Shown: positions 32,048 to 41,738 of the stretch, one piece after another
Layout of the letters: every line of letters starts with the position of its first letter
How positions within the stretch are numbered: the stretch's first letter is position 1
Assembly: GCA_963739305.1 (NCBI GenBank)
Contig: CAVTZU010000013.1
Coordinates: 1 to 64,000 of the forward strand
Direction of reading: 5' to 3'
Length of the DNA: 64,000 nucleotides
DNA from: Candidatus Bathyarchaeota archaeon
Lineage (GTDB): Archaea > Thermoproteota > Bathyarchaeia > Bathyarchaeales > Bathycorpusculaceae
Translations under genes and position numbers: made by a program
The notes under the pieces: generated by a model
Databases searched by the model: none
The model's input: only the letters and a program-made list of their open reading frames with translations
What the model was told of the DNA's origin: nothing

Positions 32048-33329
32048 ATGACCAAAGTAGTCGTTGTCGGAGGGCGGATGGTCCGGGTTCGGAGCTTCTA
32101 TTGCAGCAGCCAAAGCAGGCGCTAAAGTTACGTTACTAGAAAGAAGCGACATGCTCCTCGGGACAGGACTTGTGGGAGGTATCTTCAGAAACAATGGGCG
32201 CTTCACTGCAGCGGAAGAAGCGCTTGCAATGGGTGGCGGCGAACCTATCGAACTAATGGATTCGCTCGCAAAACACAAGAATATCAAGTTCCCTGGACAC
32301 GAACACGCTAGTCTCTATGACGTACTTAATATCGAGCCTGAAGCGCGAAAATGCTTAGAACACGCAGGAATACAACTACGGTTTCAGACGAGAGCTTCAG
32401 ACGTGAAAATGAATGGAAAAAAAGTCGCGGCAATTGTCACAGACGAGAAAGCCGAAGTTGACGGAGATGTTTTTGTCGATTGCACTGGAACGGCTGGCGT
32501 TCCAGGATACTGCATGAAGTACGGTTATGGGTGTGCCATGTGCATCCTCAGGTGTCACACGTTTAAACAGAGAATTAGCTTGACTGAGAAAGCAGGAGTC
32601 AAAGAGTGGATCGGGAAAAAAGCTGATGGAACATATGGAGCGATCAGCGGAGCATGCAAGCTCGTCAAAGATTCACTTTCACCCGCGATTCGAAACGAGT
32701 TGAACACGAAGGGCGTCGTGGTGGTGCCTCTACCTGAAGAACTCATCAAACAAGACAAGCTCAAGAAGAAAGCCTGTGTACAGTACGCTTTGAAGGAGTT
32801 TGCAGAGAACATAGTTTTGCTCGACACTGGGCCGGCTAAGCTGATGACACCATTCTTCCCTCTTGACGATCTTAGAAGGGTACCCGGGTTTGAGCATGCT
32901 AGATACGAAGACCCCCTTTCAGGGGGTGTCGGTAACTCGATCAGGTTTATGGCAATCGCTCCAAAAGATAACAAATTGAAGGTTCAAGGAGTTGACAACC
33001 TGTTCTGCGGCGGCGAAAAAGCAGGACCGCACGTTGGACACACGGAAGCTGCAGTAACGGGGCTATTGGCTGGACACAATGCAGCGCGGTATGCAACGGG
33101 CATGGAAGGCGTGGAAATACCTTCGACGACGACCATAGGAGACTTCATATCCTACGTAAACAAGGAAACACAAACTGAGGAAGGTCAAAAACAACGCTAC
33201 ACGTTCTCGGGCGGGGTCTACTTCGAGAGAATGAAAAAGTTAGGGCTTTACTCAACTAATGTCTCTGAGATAAGAGAACGCGTGAAGAATGCTGGAATGA
33301 CAGGAATTTTCTCGAAGAAACTGAAGTAG
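32048..33329 (+). CDS. FAD-dependent oxidoreductase (GidA/TrmFO-like) with a Cys cluster; frameshift at about 32072
   Basis: ATG 32048 gives MTKVVVVG|GGWSG once one G of GAGGG is removed; CMKYGYGCAMCILRC; GHTEA. Confidence 0.85.
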
Positions 33330-33354
33330 ACTGTTCTCGAAAAATGAGACTGGG

Positions 33355-34257
33355 TTACTGAAGGCCCAGTTCCTTCCATTTCTTGTCTATGAGTTCCTGA
33401 ATTTGAGCAATCTCTGGTTCTGTGATGTGTTTGAATCGTCTCTGTATCAGCAAGTAGTCTTTGACGGGCTTTTTTTGAGATACCTTCTGAGTTACCGCTA
33501 GCTTACCGTTCTCTATTTCGTAAAGAACCCATGCCCCAGTCTGAACTGCAAGTCGTGCAATCTCGATCGTCTTGGCTTCGGGAAATCCCCATCCAGTTGC
33601 GCAGGGGCAGTGTATATGAATATACCTTGGTCCATGTATGCTCGCTGCTTTCTTGACTTTCTTAGTGAGGTCCGCAGGGTAAGCTATTGAAGCCGTGGCG
33701 ATGTAGGGTATGCCGTGTGCGGCCATTATTGCAGGCATGTCCTTTCTCAATTTTCCCTGAATGTGCTGTTCGCCGCGCTTCTTCTCACCGACCGGCGTCG
33801 TGGTGGTCGAAGCAAAAGGCATTGTGGTTCCGCTTCTCTGGTTTCCTGTGTTCATGTAAGCTTCATTATCGTAGCAGATGTAGATGAAGTCATGTCCGCG
33901 TTCAGCCGCTCCCGAGAGAGTCTGGATGCCGATGTCCGCTGTACCGCCGTCACCGCCAATTGCAACAAGCGTCACTCCGTCTCTCTTTCCTAGTGCTCTC
34001 AATCCGGCGTCCATTCCTGAAACGACAGCTCCACCAGTTTCAAAGGCCGTGTGCAAAGATGGGCACGTGAGCGGATATTCCCCCTTGGGGAAAACGCCTC
34101 CTCCCATTATTGACACTTCCATGCAGCTGGTTGCTATATGAACAATGATGTCCCTTCCAAGTGCGTTCAACGCGTGCTTCACCGCCAGAATTGCACCGCA
34201 TCCGGGACATGCTCTGTGTCCCGAAACTAATACTTTGTCTTTGTAAGTGGATTCCAA
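33355..34257 (-). CDS. porB: Pyruvate/2-oxoacid:ferredoxin oxidoreductase beta subunit
   Basis: GHRACPGCG, GGDGG...DNEAYMNTG TPP-binding motif. Confidence 0.93.
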   Translation of the reverse strand: MESTYKDKVLVSGHRACPGCGAILAVKHALNALGRDIIVHIATSCMEVSIMGGGVFPKGEYPLTCPSLHTAFETGGAVVSGMDAGLRALGKRDGVTLVAIGGDGGTADIGIQTLSGAAERGHDFIYICYDNEAYMNTGNQRSGTTMPFASTTTTPVGEKKRGEQHIQGKLRKDMPAIMAAHGIPYIATASIAYPADLTKKVKKAASIHGPRYIHIHCPCATGWGFPEAKTIEIARLAVQTGAWVLYEIENGKLAVTQKVSQKKPVKDYLLIQRRFKHITEPEIAQIQELIDKKWKELGLQ

Positions 34258-34260
34258 GAT

Positions 34261-35466
34261 TTAACCTCCAACCAGATTTGTGTTCAATCCGACCCAATCA
34301 ACTTCTCTTTCTATTTTTCCCGTTTCCGCGGCTTTGATGGCTTTTTCGAAGACTGTCGTGAGACCCTTCTTGTCTACGTCTCTGCCTCCCATGCCTGCGA
34401 TGAAATTGAGCAGGACGGGTCTCTCCGATGCATTTGACATCGTAGAGGCCAGGTCTGAGAAAACTGGGGCGCCCAAGCCGTATGAAATGGATCTGCTCAC
34501 AACTGCAACTGCTTTTGAACCGCACGCAGCTTTGAGCACTTCTTCTTTGGGAAACGGTCTGTAAGATCTTAGTTTAAGGACGCCTACGCGCCAGCCTTTT
34601 TCGCTTCTCAACTTGTCCGCAACGTCTTTGGCTGTGCCGACTAATGTGCCCATTCCTACCAATATCGCGTCTGCGTCTTCACACTTGTACGCTTCCACTA
34701 AACCATACTTTCTGCCGAAGGCTTCGCCGAATTCTTCGTCGATTTTTCTCAACGCTTCTCTTCCTTTTTCTTGTGCCTCATATTTCTTGTAGTCAAACTC
34801 CATGGTGAAAGCGGGTGGGCAGCCTCCGCCTGCCGCCAACGGTTTTTTCACATCCAGCAGCGTATGATAATCGGCGTCAGGTTTGTACGATGGCAAAAAG
34901 TCACAGATTTCTTTTTCCTGAGGAATTTCAACAGGTTCAGAAGTGTGGGAAAGAATGAATCCGTCCAAACACACCATAGTGGGGAGCAGAACCTCTCTTG
35001 TCTCAGCGAGTTTAAAGGCTTGAATGACTGTGTCAAAAGCCTCTTGACAGCTTTCAACGTATATTTGCATCCAACCCGAGTCCCTTTCGCCCATCGCGTC
35101 ACTGTGATCGCACCACATGCCCAATGGCTGTGAAAGTTGACGGTTCGTTACTGCCATGACTATTGGAAGTCTCAGTCCTGCAGCAACGTAGTTTAATTCA
35201 TGCATTAGCGCTAGTCCCTGTGAGCAAGTTGCAGTAAAAACTCGGGCGCCTACAGATGACGCTCCAATACACGCGCTCATAGCGCCGAATTCGCTCTCTG
35301 CCTGAATAAATTCCGCGTTAAGTTCTCCGCGGGCTATGAATTCTGAAAGGTATTCCACAATAGAGGTCTGAGGCGTTATCGGGTATGCACTTACAACGTT
35401 GACTTTTGAAAGTTTGACTGCTTCGGCTATTGCTCGGTTTCCAGACATTAACCTTCGAGTGGTCAT
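34261..35466 (-). CDS. porA: 2-oxoacid:ferredoxin oxidoreductase alpha subunit
   Basis: AYPITPQT, ESE, TATCSQGL, DGFILSH, RPFP. Confidence 0.93.
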   Translation of the reverse strand: MTTRRLMSGNRAIAEAVKLSKVNVVSAYPITPQTSIVEYLSEFIARGELNAEFIQAESEFGAMSACIGASSVGARVFTATCSQGLALMHELNYVAAGLRLPIVMAVTNRQLSQPLGMWCDHSDAMGERDSGWMQIYVESCQEAFDTVIQAFKLAETREVLLPTMVCLDGFILSHTSEPVEIPQEKEICDFLPSYKPDADYHTLLDVKKPLAAGGGCPPAFTMEFDYKKYEAQEKGREALRKIDEEFGEAFGRKYGLVEAYKCEDADAILVGMGTLVGTAKDVADKLRSEKGWRVGVLKLRSYRPFPKEEVLKAACGSKAVAVVSRSISYGLGAPVFSDLASTMSNASERPVLLNFIAGMGGRDVDKKGLTTVFEKAIKAAETGKIEREVDWVGLNTNLVGG

Positions 35467-35756
35467 TTTTCCGACACCTCAATAATCATTCGTAAGGCTT
35501 TGACTGGGCACTCGTTTTCACATATTCCGCAGCCTTTGCAGTAGTCGTAATTTATTTCAATCATACCTTTTTCGTTTTTCACGATGGCATCATCGGGACA
35601 ATGGAGCACGCATATGCCGCATTTTGTGCATTTTTTCTCGTCCAATACGGGTCTAACACTTCTCCACTGACCACATTTGAAGGCCAAAGAGCCTGCTGGA
35701 TTTCGAATGTTCGGTGTTATGGGAAAGTTTTCTTTTGTCCAGTATGGTTTAGACAT
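35463..35756 (-). CDS. porD: 2-oxoacid:ferredoxin oxidoreductase delta subunit
   Basis: WRSVRP, CTKCGIC..CP, YCKGCGICENECP. Confidence 0.92.
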   Translation of the reverse strand: MSKPYWTKENFPITPNIRNPAGSLAFKCGQWRSVRPVLDEKKCTKCGICVLHCPDDAIVKNEKGMIEINYDYCKGCGICENECPVKALRMIIEVSEK

Positions 35757-35758
35757 TC

Positions 35759-36316
35759 CTACTCGCTCCTCTTTTTCACGGCGTTGTAGGCTTCTTCCAT
35801 CGCCTTGTTATTCTTTTCAGCGACGACTTTGGAAAAACGGTTCTCCACTGCTTCAAACAGAGATTTTAGTTTCACCTCGCCTGTTGCAGCGGAAAAGGCG
35901 CCCAAAATTACTGTGTTCAGTATGGGGCTTCCGATAACGTTCATCGCTATCGACGTTGCGTCTATTGGATATATCTTGCCTTGATTGACGATTTTCTCTT
36001 CTCTCACTCTTTCGACACTCAAAGGCGTGTTTATGATGACGGACCCATCAGGCTTGAGACCCGCAGTTAGGTTTTGGGTCTTGCTTATAGTAGAATCTAG
36101 AACTATGACGTAGTCTGGTTCGTAGATTTGACATCTGACTCGAATTGGTTTGTCGTCAATTCTCGTGAATGCCATGACAGGTGCGCCCCTTCTTTCAGGT
36201 CCAAACGTTGGGAATGATTGAGAGTACTTTCCGTCTCTCATTGCAGCATCTGCCAAAATGTCTGCGCCTGCGACTGCGCCTTGCCCTCCACGTCCATGGA
36301 ATATTATCTCTTTCAT
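35759..36316 (-). CDS. porG: 2-oxoacid:ferredoxin oxidoreductase gamma subunit
   Basis: HGRGGQG, FGPERRGAP, NTVILGA. Confidence 0.93.
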   Translation of the reverse strand: MKEIIFHGRGGQGAVAGADILADAAMRDGKYSQSFPTFGPERRGAPVMAFTRIDDKPIRVRCQIYEPDYVIVLDSTISKTQNLTAGLKPDGSVIINTPLSVERVREEKIVNQGKIYPIDATSIAMNVIGSPILNTVILGAFSAATGEVKLKSLFEAVENRFSKVVAEKNNKAMEEAYNAVKKRSE

Positions 36317-36428
36317 AGGGGCACTCCTCACTGTTTTTAGCTCATGTTTCGTATCTTTTAAATCCTTCCGAGTGGGCACTCAATTCGAAACGTTGAAAAT
36401 AGCGCGATGTTGTCTGAATCTTCTATTT

Positions 36429-37643
36429 CTAGAGTTTGGCAACAGCCTTGCTGATGTTGGCAAGTCCTTGTTTGATGTTTTCGACAGATGTTGCGTATGA
36501 CATTCGCAGGTATCCTTCGCCGCTTGTACCAAACGCTGCTCCAGGGGTTGTGACGACTTTTGCCTCGTTGAGCAGGTACTCTGCCAGTTCCTGCGATGTT
36601 TTTCCAAGTTTTCTTATGTTCACGAAGGCATAGAATGCTCCCTTGGACTTGGCTACGGAAAATCCCTTCACTTTGCCTAATCCTTCAAAGATCACTTCTC
36701 TTCTTCGTGCAAATTCCTTCGCCATCTTCTCTATGGACTCTTGGGGTCCTTTCAATGCTTCAACGGCTCCTCTCTGGGCAAAGGTCGTGGCAGAAGCTAC
36801 GGCGCTCTGTTGCAGCTTGACGCACTGAGAAATGATTTCTTTGCTGGCTACGAGATAGCCGATGCGCCATCCAGTCATAGCATAGGCTTTTGAAAAGCCA
36901 TTGAGCGTAATTATTCGGTCTGGCTCTTTTGACAATGCGCCAACGCTGTAGTGTTTTTCGTTGTCGTAAATTATCTTTTCGTATATTTCATCTGCGAGTA
37001 TCAAGAAATCATGTTTCACTGCCAACCCATCGATTGCCAGAAGATCATCTTTGGTCATCACCGAACCTGTTGGATTACACGGTGAATTTACCACTACCAT
37101 CTTGCTTCTTGAGGTCAAGTTTCTCTCTAAATCCTCAGGTGTAAGCTTGAAATCGTTTTCCTCTCTCAAGGGTACGGAGACTGGTGTTCCGCCTGCCATT
37201 TGAACGCAATTCCTGTAAGTATAGTAGCCAGGCTCGGGGATGAGAACTTCATCTCCTGGCTCAATCGTGCACATTATGGCAAGGAAGGCTGCCTCCTGCG
37301 ATCCAACGGTGACGCATATCTGCGAGACCGGATCCACGTCGATGTTGTTCTCTTTCTTCAGTTTTCCAGCAATTGCTTGTCTAAGTTCAATGAGACCAGC
37401 GTTTGTGGTGTAGTGCGTGGCTCCTTCATCAAGAGCCTTTTTTGCGGCTTCTTTTATGTTAACGGGGGTATCAAAGTCAGGCTCGCCAAGCTCAAAGTGG
37501 ATCAGTTTTTCTCCTTTGGCCTCTAGTGCTCTGGCTTTCTCAAACATTATTCTGCCAAGAAATGGCTGGACTGCTTGGATTCTGTCAGCAATTATCTTTT
37601 TCAATTTTGATTCCCTCACCCGAACATTGTGTTCTTTCAGCAA
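36429..37643 (-). CDS. Class I PLP-dependent aminotransferase (AspB-like)
   Basis: GEPDF, NPTG, DEIY, SKAYAMTGWRIG. Confidence 0.93.
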   Translation of the reverse strand: MLKEHNVRVRESKLKKIIADRIQAVQPFLGRIMFEKARALEAKGEKLIHFELGEPDFDTPVNIKEAAKKALDEGATHYTTNAGLIELRQAIAGKLKKENNIDVDPVSQICVTVGSQEAAFLAIMCTIEPGDEVLIPEPGYYTYRNCVQMAGGTPVSVPLREENDFKLTPEDLERNLTSRSKMVVVNSPCNPTGSVMTKDDLLAIDGLAVKHDFLILADEIYEKIIYDNEKHYSVGALSKEPDRIITLNGFSKAYAMTGWRIGYLVASKEIISQCVKLQQSAVASATTFAQRGAVEALKGPQESIEKMAKEFARRREVIFEGLGKVKGFSVAKSKGAFYAFVNIRKLGKTSQELAEYLLNEAKVVTTPGAAFGTSGEGYLRMSYATSVENIKQGLANISKAVAKL

Positions 37644-37732
37644 GAAACAGTTTTAAGCGTTGCTCAAGAGGCTTTCGTGATCTACGCTACGTTTGGGAAA
37701 ATCTCGAACGGCAACGATTCAGCCGTTGACTG

Positions 37733-38701
37733 CTAATGCTTCGCGCGAGAAAGTTCCTTGTTCACTAAATACTTGGGCTCTTCCCTTCTGAGTATTCTCG
37801 CTGCTTCTTCTGCTACGGTGAGTTGAATTCTTTCAGTAGATTCTACTGACAACCCAGCCATGTGTGAAGAAGCTACAACGCTGTCAAATTTCAGCAGGGG
37901 ATTGTCCACCGTGGGCGGTTCCTTTTCAAACACGTCGAGACCAGCTCCCGCTATTCTCTTTTCCTGCAATGCCTTTATCAATGCGCGTTCGTCAACGATT
38001 GGTCCACGTGCGACGTTAATGAGGTATGCCGTCGGTTTCATCATTCCTATTTCCTTTTCGGAAATCAAGCCTTTTGTTTCATCAGTCAACAGGCAGCAGA
38101 CGACGACAAAATCTGACCGACGCAGAACGTCGTCAAGTTTGACAGGTTCACCCCCGATCTCCACAACTCTTTCGTTTGGGACATATGGATCGAAAACCAA
38201 CAATTTCATTCCGAATCCTTTTCCAATCGTGGCGAGGTAAGTCCCTACCCGTCCAAGCCCGACCAAACCAAGGGTCTTGCCCCAAAGTTCTTTTCCAATA
38301 AGTTCCCAACGCACCCATTTTCCAGCCTTCAGACTCGCATTCAACTGCGGAATTCTCCTCCCCAAACTCAGCATCAAACCAAAGGCAAACTCTGCAACAG
38401 TCACCGCATTCACGCCTGGCGTGTTGACCACATAAACTCCTTTTTCAGTCGCAGCTGCGACATCGATGTGATCAAAACCGACCCCATAAGCAATCACGCC
38501 CTTCAACTTCTTACCCGCAGAAATCACGTTCCTAGTTATCAAACGAGAGCCAGTTATCACAATCTCAGCGTCTTCGATCTCTTTTATCAGCTGAGATTCC
38601 TTGTCCCCTTCTGCCCACACGACCTGTCCTGCGTCGTTTAAGATTTTCATGGATACGTCTGACATGGGTCTTCGATCTGCGAAAAGTATCTTCGATTTCA
38701 T
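37733..38701 (-). CDS. D-2-hydroxyacid dehydrogenase (second paralog)
   Basis: GVGFDHID, GLGRVG, NVARG, LDVFEKEP. Confidence 0.9.
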   Translation of the reverse strand: MKSKILFADRRPMSDVSMKILNDAGQVVWAEGDKESQLIKEIEDAEIVITGSRLITRNVISAGKKLKGVIAYGVGFDHIDVAAATEKGVYVVNTPGVNAVTVAEFAFGLMLSLGRRIPQLNASLKAGKWVRWELIGKELWGKTLGLVGLGRVGTYLATIGKGFGMKLLVFDPYVPNERVVEIGGEPVKLDDVLRRSDFVVVCCLLTDETKGLISEKEIGMMKPTAYLINVARGPIVDERALIKALQEKRIAGAGLDVFEKEPPTVDNPLLKFDSVVASSHMAGLSVESTERIQLTVAEEAARILRREEPKYLVNKELSRAKH

Positions 38702-38842
38702 AGCATTATCCTCCGCGCCTTACGGTACTAGCAGGTACAACTTTTATTAGCCTTTCGTCAACTCAGGCACAATGTCGTAACTGAGGAATTGCCAGAATCT
38801 ATTTCCATTGTTCAGCGCTTTCTGGAAGTGTCAAATAGCCGC

Positions 38843-39283
38843 TCATTTTTTGCTGTAAAGTCCCACAATTTTTCCTTCTGCGATTATGTTGGCTTTTATC
38901 GCTGTCTCAAGTCCAGTTCTTCTCAGATCTTTGTTGAGGTCGAGTTGTTTATCTAATGCAAAGATTTTGAAGATGTACCGGTGGGTGCCGTAGGGAGGGC
39001 AAGGTCCTCCGTAGCCGTGTTTTCCGAAGTCGTTGAGACCCGCAATTCCAGATGACGTGTTTTCTTCTATTTTCTTTGTTGGCGCCAAGTTCCAGACAAC
39101 CCAGTGACCAAAGGTCCCATAGGGTGCATCTGGGTCTTCGACTATTATCGCAAGGCTCTTTGTCTCGGGCGGTATTCCATCGATGGTTAACGGAGGGTTC
39201 ATGTTTTCACCATCGCAAGCGTATTTTTTCGGGATAGGCTTGTTGTTCTCAAAGGCGGTGCTCTTTACTATCAGTTGTTTCAC
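38843..39283 (-). CDS. YbhB/YbcL (PEBP) family protein
   Basis: DPDAP..F.HWV, GYGGPCPP..HRY. Confidence 0.92.
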   Translation of the reverse strand: MKQLIVKSTAFENNKPIPKKYACDGENMNPPLTIDGIPPETKSLAIIVEDPDAPYGTFGHWVVWNLAPTKKIEENTSSGIAGLNDFGKHGYGGPCPPYGTHRYIFKIFALDKQLDLNKDLRRTGLETAIKANIIAEGKIVGLYSKK

Positions 39284-39527
39284 GTATTTCGCCCCTTGAC
39301 ATCAAAGTAGGACAGCTATTACCGTATAAGACTTGTCAAATGGGCTTTACAGTCATAATGATTAGAAGACATTGGTCAATTCTGCGCAAGAATCCAAGTG
39401 TAGAAGACGCTCGTGGCGATTAAATGCTTCTCTTAGCGATTTGATGCAATCTTCTAATACAACTTGATGCTCTTTCTCAATGTGACTTCTATGTGGCGTT
39501 CGGGATCCAGATTTGGGGTTAGCATTG

Positions 39528-40901
39528 ATGAAGAAAACGAAGATAATCTGTACGGTTGGCCCAGCTAGTACTTCTCGAACCGTTCTCAGAAGAATGTATC
39601 GCGCCGGGATGAATGGTGCTCGAGTAAACACCGCATATGGGGCACTGGATCAGTACAAACTCATCGTTAGAAATCTTCGAGAAGTGGCGGACGTTCCGAT
39701 AATTGTCGACGTAAAAGGACCTGAAATAAGAATCAAGACAACTCGGAGAAGAAGTGTCAATCGAGGAGACATTCTTGAGGTGGGCAAAACCAAGAAAATA
39801 AGGTTCAGCAATGACGTCTACGGGGACTTGTGCGAGGGCGACATTGTTCTCATTGATAATGGCAAGTTGAGAACAAAGATAGTGGAGATACGAAATCACG
39901 TCATTAAACTGCTCGCTACCACGAGCGGCGAAATAGACGATGGAAACGGCGTGAACATCCCACATAGGAAACTCTTGAATCCCACGTTGTCAGTTAGGGA
40001 TCGGAAAATGGTGGATTTTGCAACCGAATGCAATGCCGAATTCCTAGCGCTCTCGTTCGTCAGAAACGCTCAAGATGTGAACGTCTTGAAGAAGGAGGCT
40101 GTCGGTTTCAAGGGCGCAGTGATAGCAAAGATCGAAAATTCTGAGGGTGTTGACAAATTCGATGAGATTTTGAATGTTGCGGAGGGAATTATGGTTGCAA
40201 GAGGCGATTTAGGCGTCGAAATAGAACCTGAGAAGGTCCCCAATGTCCAGAAATCAATAATCAGAAAATGCAATCAGAAAGGGAAGATCGTTGTGACGGC
40301 AACAGAAATGCTGGAATCTATGACCTATCAGCCTAATCCGACTAGAGCTGAAGTCAGCGACGTTGCCAACGCAATATTGGATGGAACGGAAGCAACGATG
40401 CTTTCAGGGGAGACGGCAGTGGGACGATATCCAGTGGAGTCTGTCTCAATGATGTCCAGAATAGCGACCGAGGCCGAAAAAGTAGTGCAGAATCACGTTG
40501 AAGACGAAGGCTTCATCAACATCTCAGACACGATGAGCAGGGCAGTTCAGAGGATATGTGCAGAAATGCCAGTAAAAAAAGTTGTCACTTTAACAAGGTC
40601 AGGCTACACAGCTCGAATGATCTCACGATTCAAGATCCCTCAGCCGATTGTCGCTGTTACACCCGACAAATGTGTCAAGAAACAGCTTGAGTTGTCATAT
40701 GGAGTCTACCCTGTTCTCATTGACTACCTCAAAGAAAAAGACCGTATTCTCGCCACAGCAACCAGGCTTCACTCAATGAGCATCATCCGCGACCGAGACA
40801 CAGTTGTTTTCATGGCGGCATTCAGGACATCCCAACAACATTCAAGCAATCTGATAGAGATACACAACATCAAAGAACTCATCCGATTAACCGAGAAATA
40901 G
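39528..40901 (+). CDS. pyk: Pyruvate kinase
   Basis: KTKIICTVGPAS, KGPEIR, AKIE, MVARGDLG, PTRAEVSD, MLSGETA. Confidence 0.95.
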   Translation: MKKTKIICTVGPASTSRTVLRRMYRAGMNGARVNTAYGALDQYKLIVRNLREVADVPIIVDVKGPEIRIKTTRRRSVNRGDILEVGKTKKIRFSNDVYGDLCEGDIVLIDNGKLRTKIVEIRNHVIKLLATTSGEIDDGNGVNIPHRKLLNPTLSVRDRKMVDFATECNAEFLALSFVRNAQDVNVLKKEAVGFKGAVIAKIENSEGVDKFDEILNVAEGIMVARGDLGVEIEPEKVPNVQKSIIRKCNQKGKIVVTATEMLESMTYQPNPTRAEVSDVANAILDGTEATMLSGETAVGRYPVESVSMMSRIATEAEKVVQNHVEDEGFINISDTMSRAVQRICAEMPVKKVVTLTRSGYTARMISRFKIPQPIVAVTPDKCVKKQLELSYGVYPVLIDYLKEKDRILATATRLHSMSIIRDRDTVVFMAAFRTSQQHSSNLIEIHNIKELIRLTEK

Positions 40902-41182
40902 CGGCAACTATCTTCAGTACTGTGTTTGAAACCTAGTGGAGGGGCATGTCGTTTCTGAATTGAAAACTCCAAAGCTATGTTGAGCAAGCCCCCCATTTGT
41001 GGGCTTGAAATGCGGTCTTCAAAATTGAGAATTGGTAGCCCGGAGTTACCGTTACAAGTGCTGGAGAATACCTTGATTGAATACTTGAAACCTCACAACC
41101 CAACAAGAATCAGCGTGCGGTTTTGTGACCAACCATAAATTTAAATAAAAAAACGCGACAATTGTAATTTGAGGCCAAAATA

Positions 41183-41230
41183 GTGCCCAAAGCCGCAAAA
41201 GGAAAGAAGAAAAAGCCCGTAAAGAAGTGA
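41183..41230 (+). CDS. Putative 15-aa Lys-rich microprotein MPKAAKGKKKKPVKK
   Basis: TATA box TTTAAATA at 41140-41147, GAGG 8 nt before the GTG start, T-tract terminator at about 41269-41280. Confidence 0.6.
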   Translation: MPKAAKGKKKKPVKK

Positions 41231-41381
41231 GAACGGAAAATCACTTACAAACGCACAGATCCACCTCACTTTCTTTTTTTATGAATAAACGCGACTTCAA
41301 TAGAATCCGCGTACAGTTTTGTTACTAACTATCAAGAATCACGGCAAAGAAAAGAGGGGAAGTATTCTCTAACATATGGAA

Positions 41382-41457
41382 TGGTAGCCCGGGAGAGATT
41401 CGAACTCTCGTCAGCGGCTCCAGAGGCCGCCATGTTTGACCACTGCACCACCGGGCT
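41382..41457 (-). tRNA. tRNA-Gln(CTG), CCA encoded
   Basis: AGCCCGG...CCGGGCTACCA, anticodon arm GCGGC-CTCTGGA-GCCGC. Confidence 0.95.
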
Positions 41458-41528
41458 CCATCAAAAAGAGTAGAAGCTTCAGCATGAAATAAAAACCTTA
41501 GCACCCACGAAGAAAAAACCGTTATCGA

Positions 41529-41732
41529 CTATTTCTGTTTCTTCAAGGTCTCCTCAATGCAATGGCACTCTTGAGCGCTTGGATACCAATCATCACAGCA
41601 CCACAACGTCGAAACCACCGCATTCTCGTTCTTCAAAAACCTCCGCGTACAAAATACCTGATCAGGAAAATCATAGGCGTTGTGACTGGTGCAGTTCCCG
41701 CAAAACATGTGTTTGCTCGGCTTCTTCTTCAT
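41529..41732 (-). CDS. Small Cys/His-rich protein
   Basis: CGNC..H, FC, CC, CHC; starts 6 nt after the dys stop. Confidence 0.65.
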   Translation of the reverse strand: MKKKPSKHMFCGNCTSHNAYDFPDQVFCTRRFLKNENAVVSTLWCCDDWYPSAQECHCIEETLKKQK

Positions 41733-41738
41733 TGCCCA

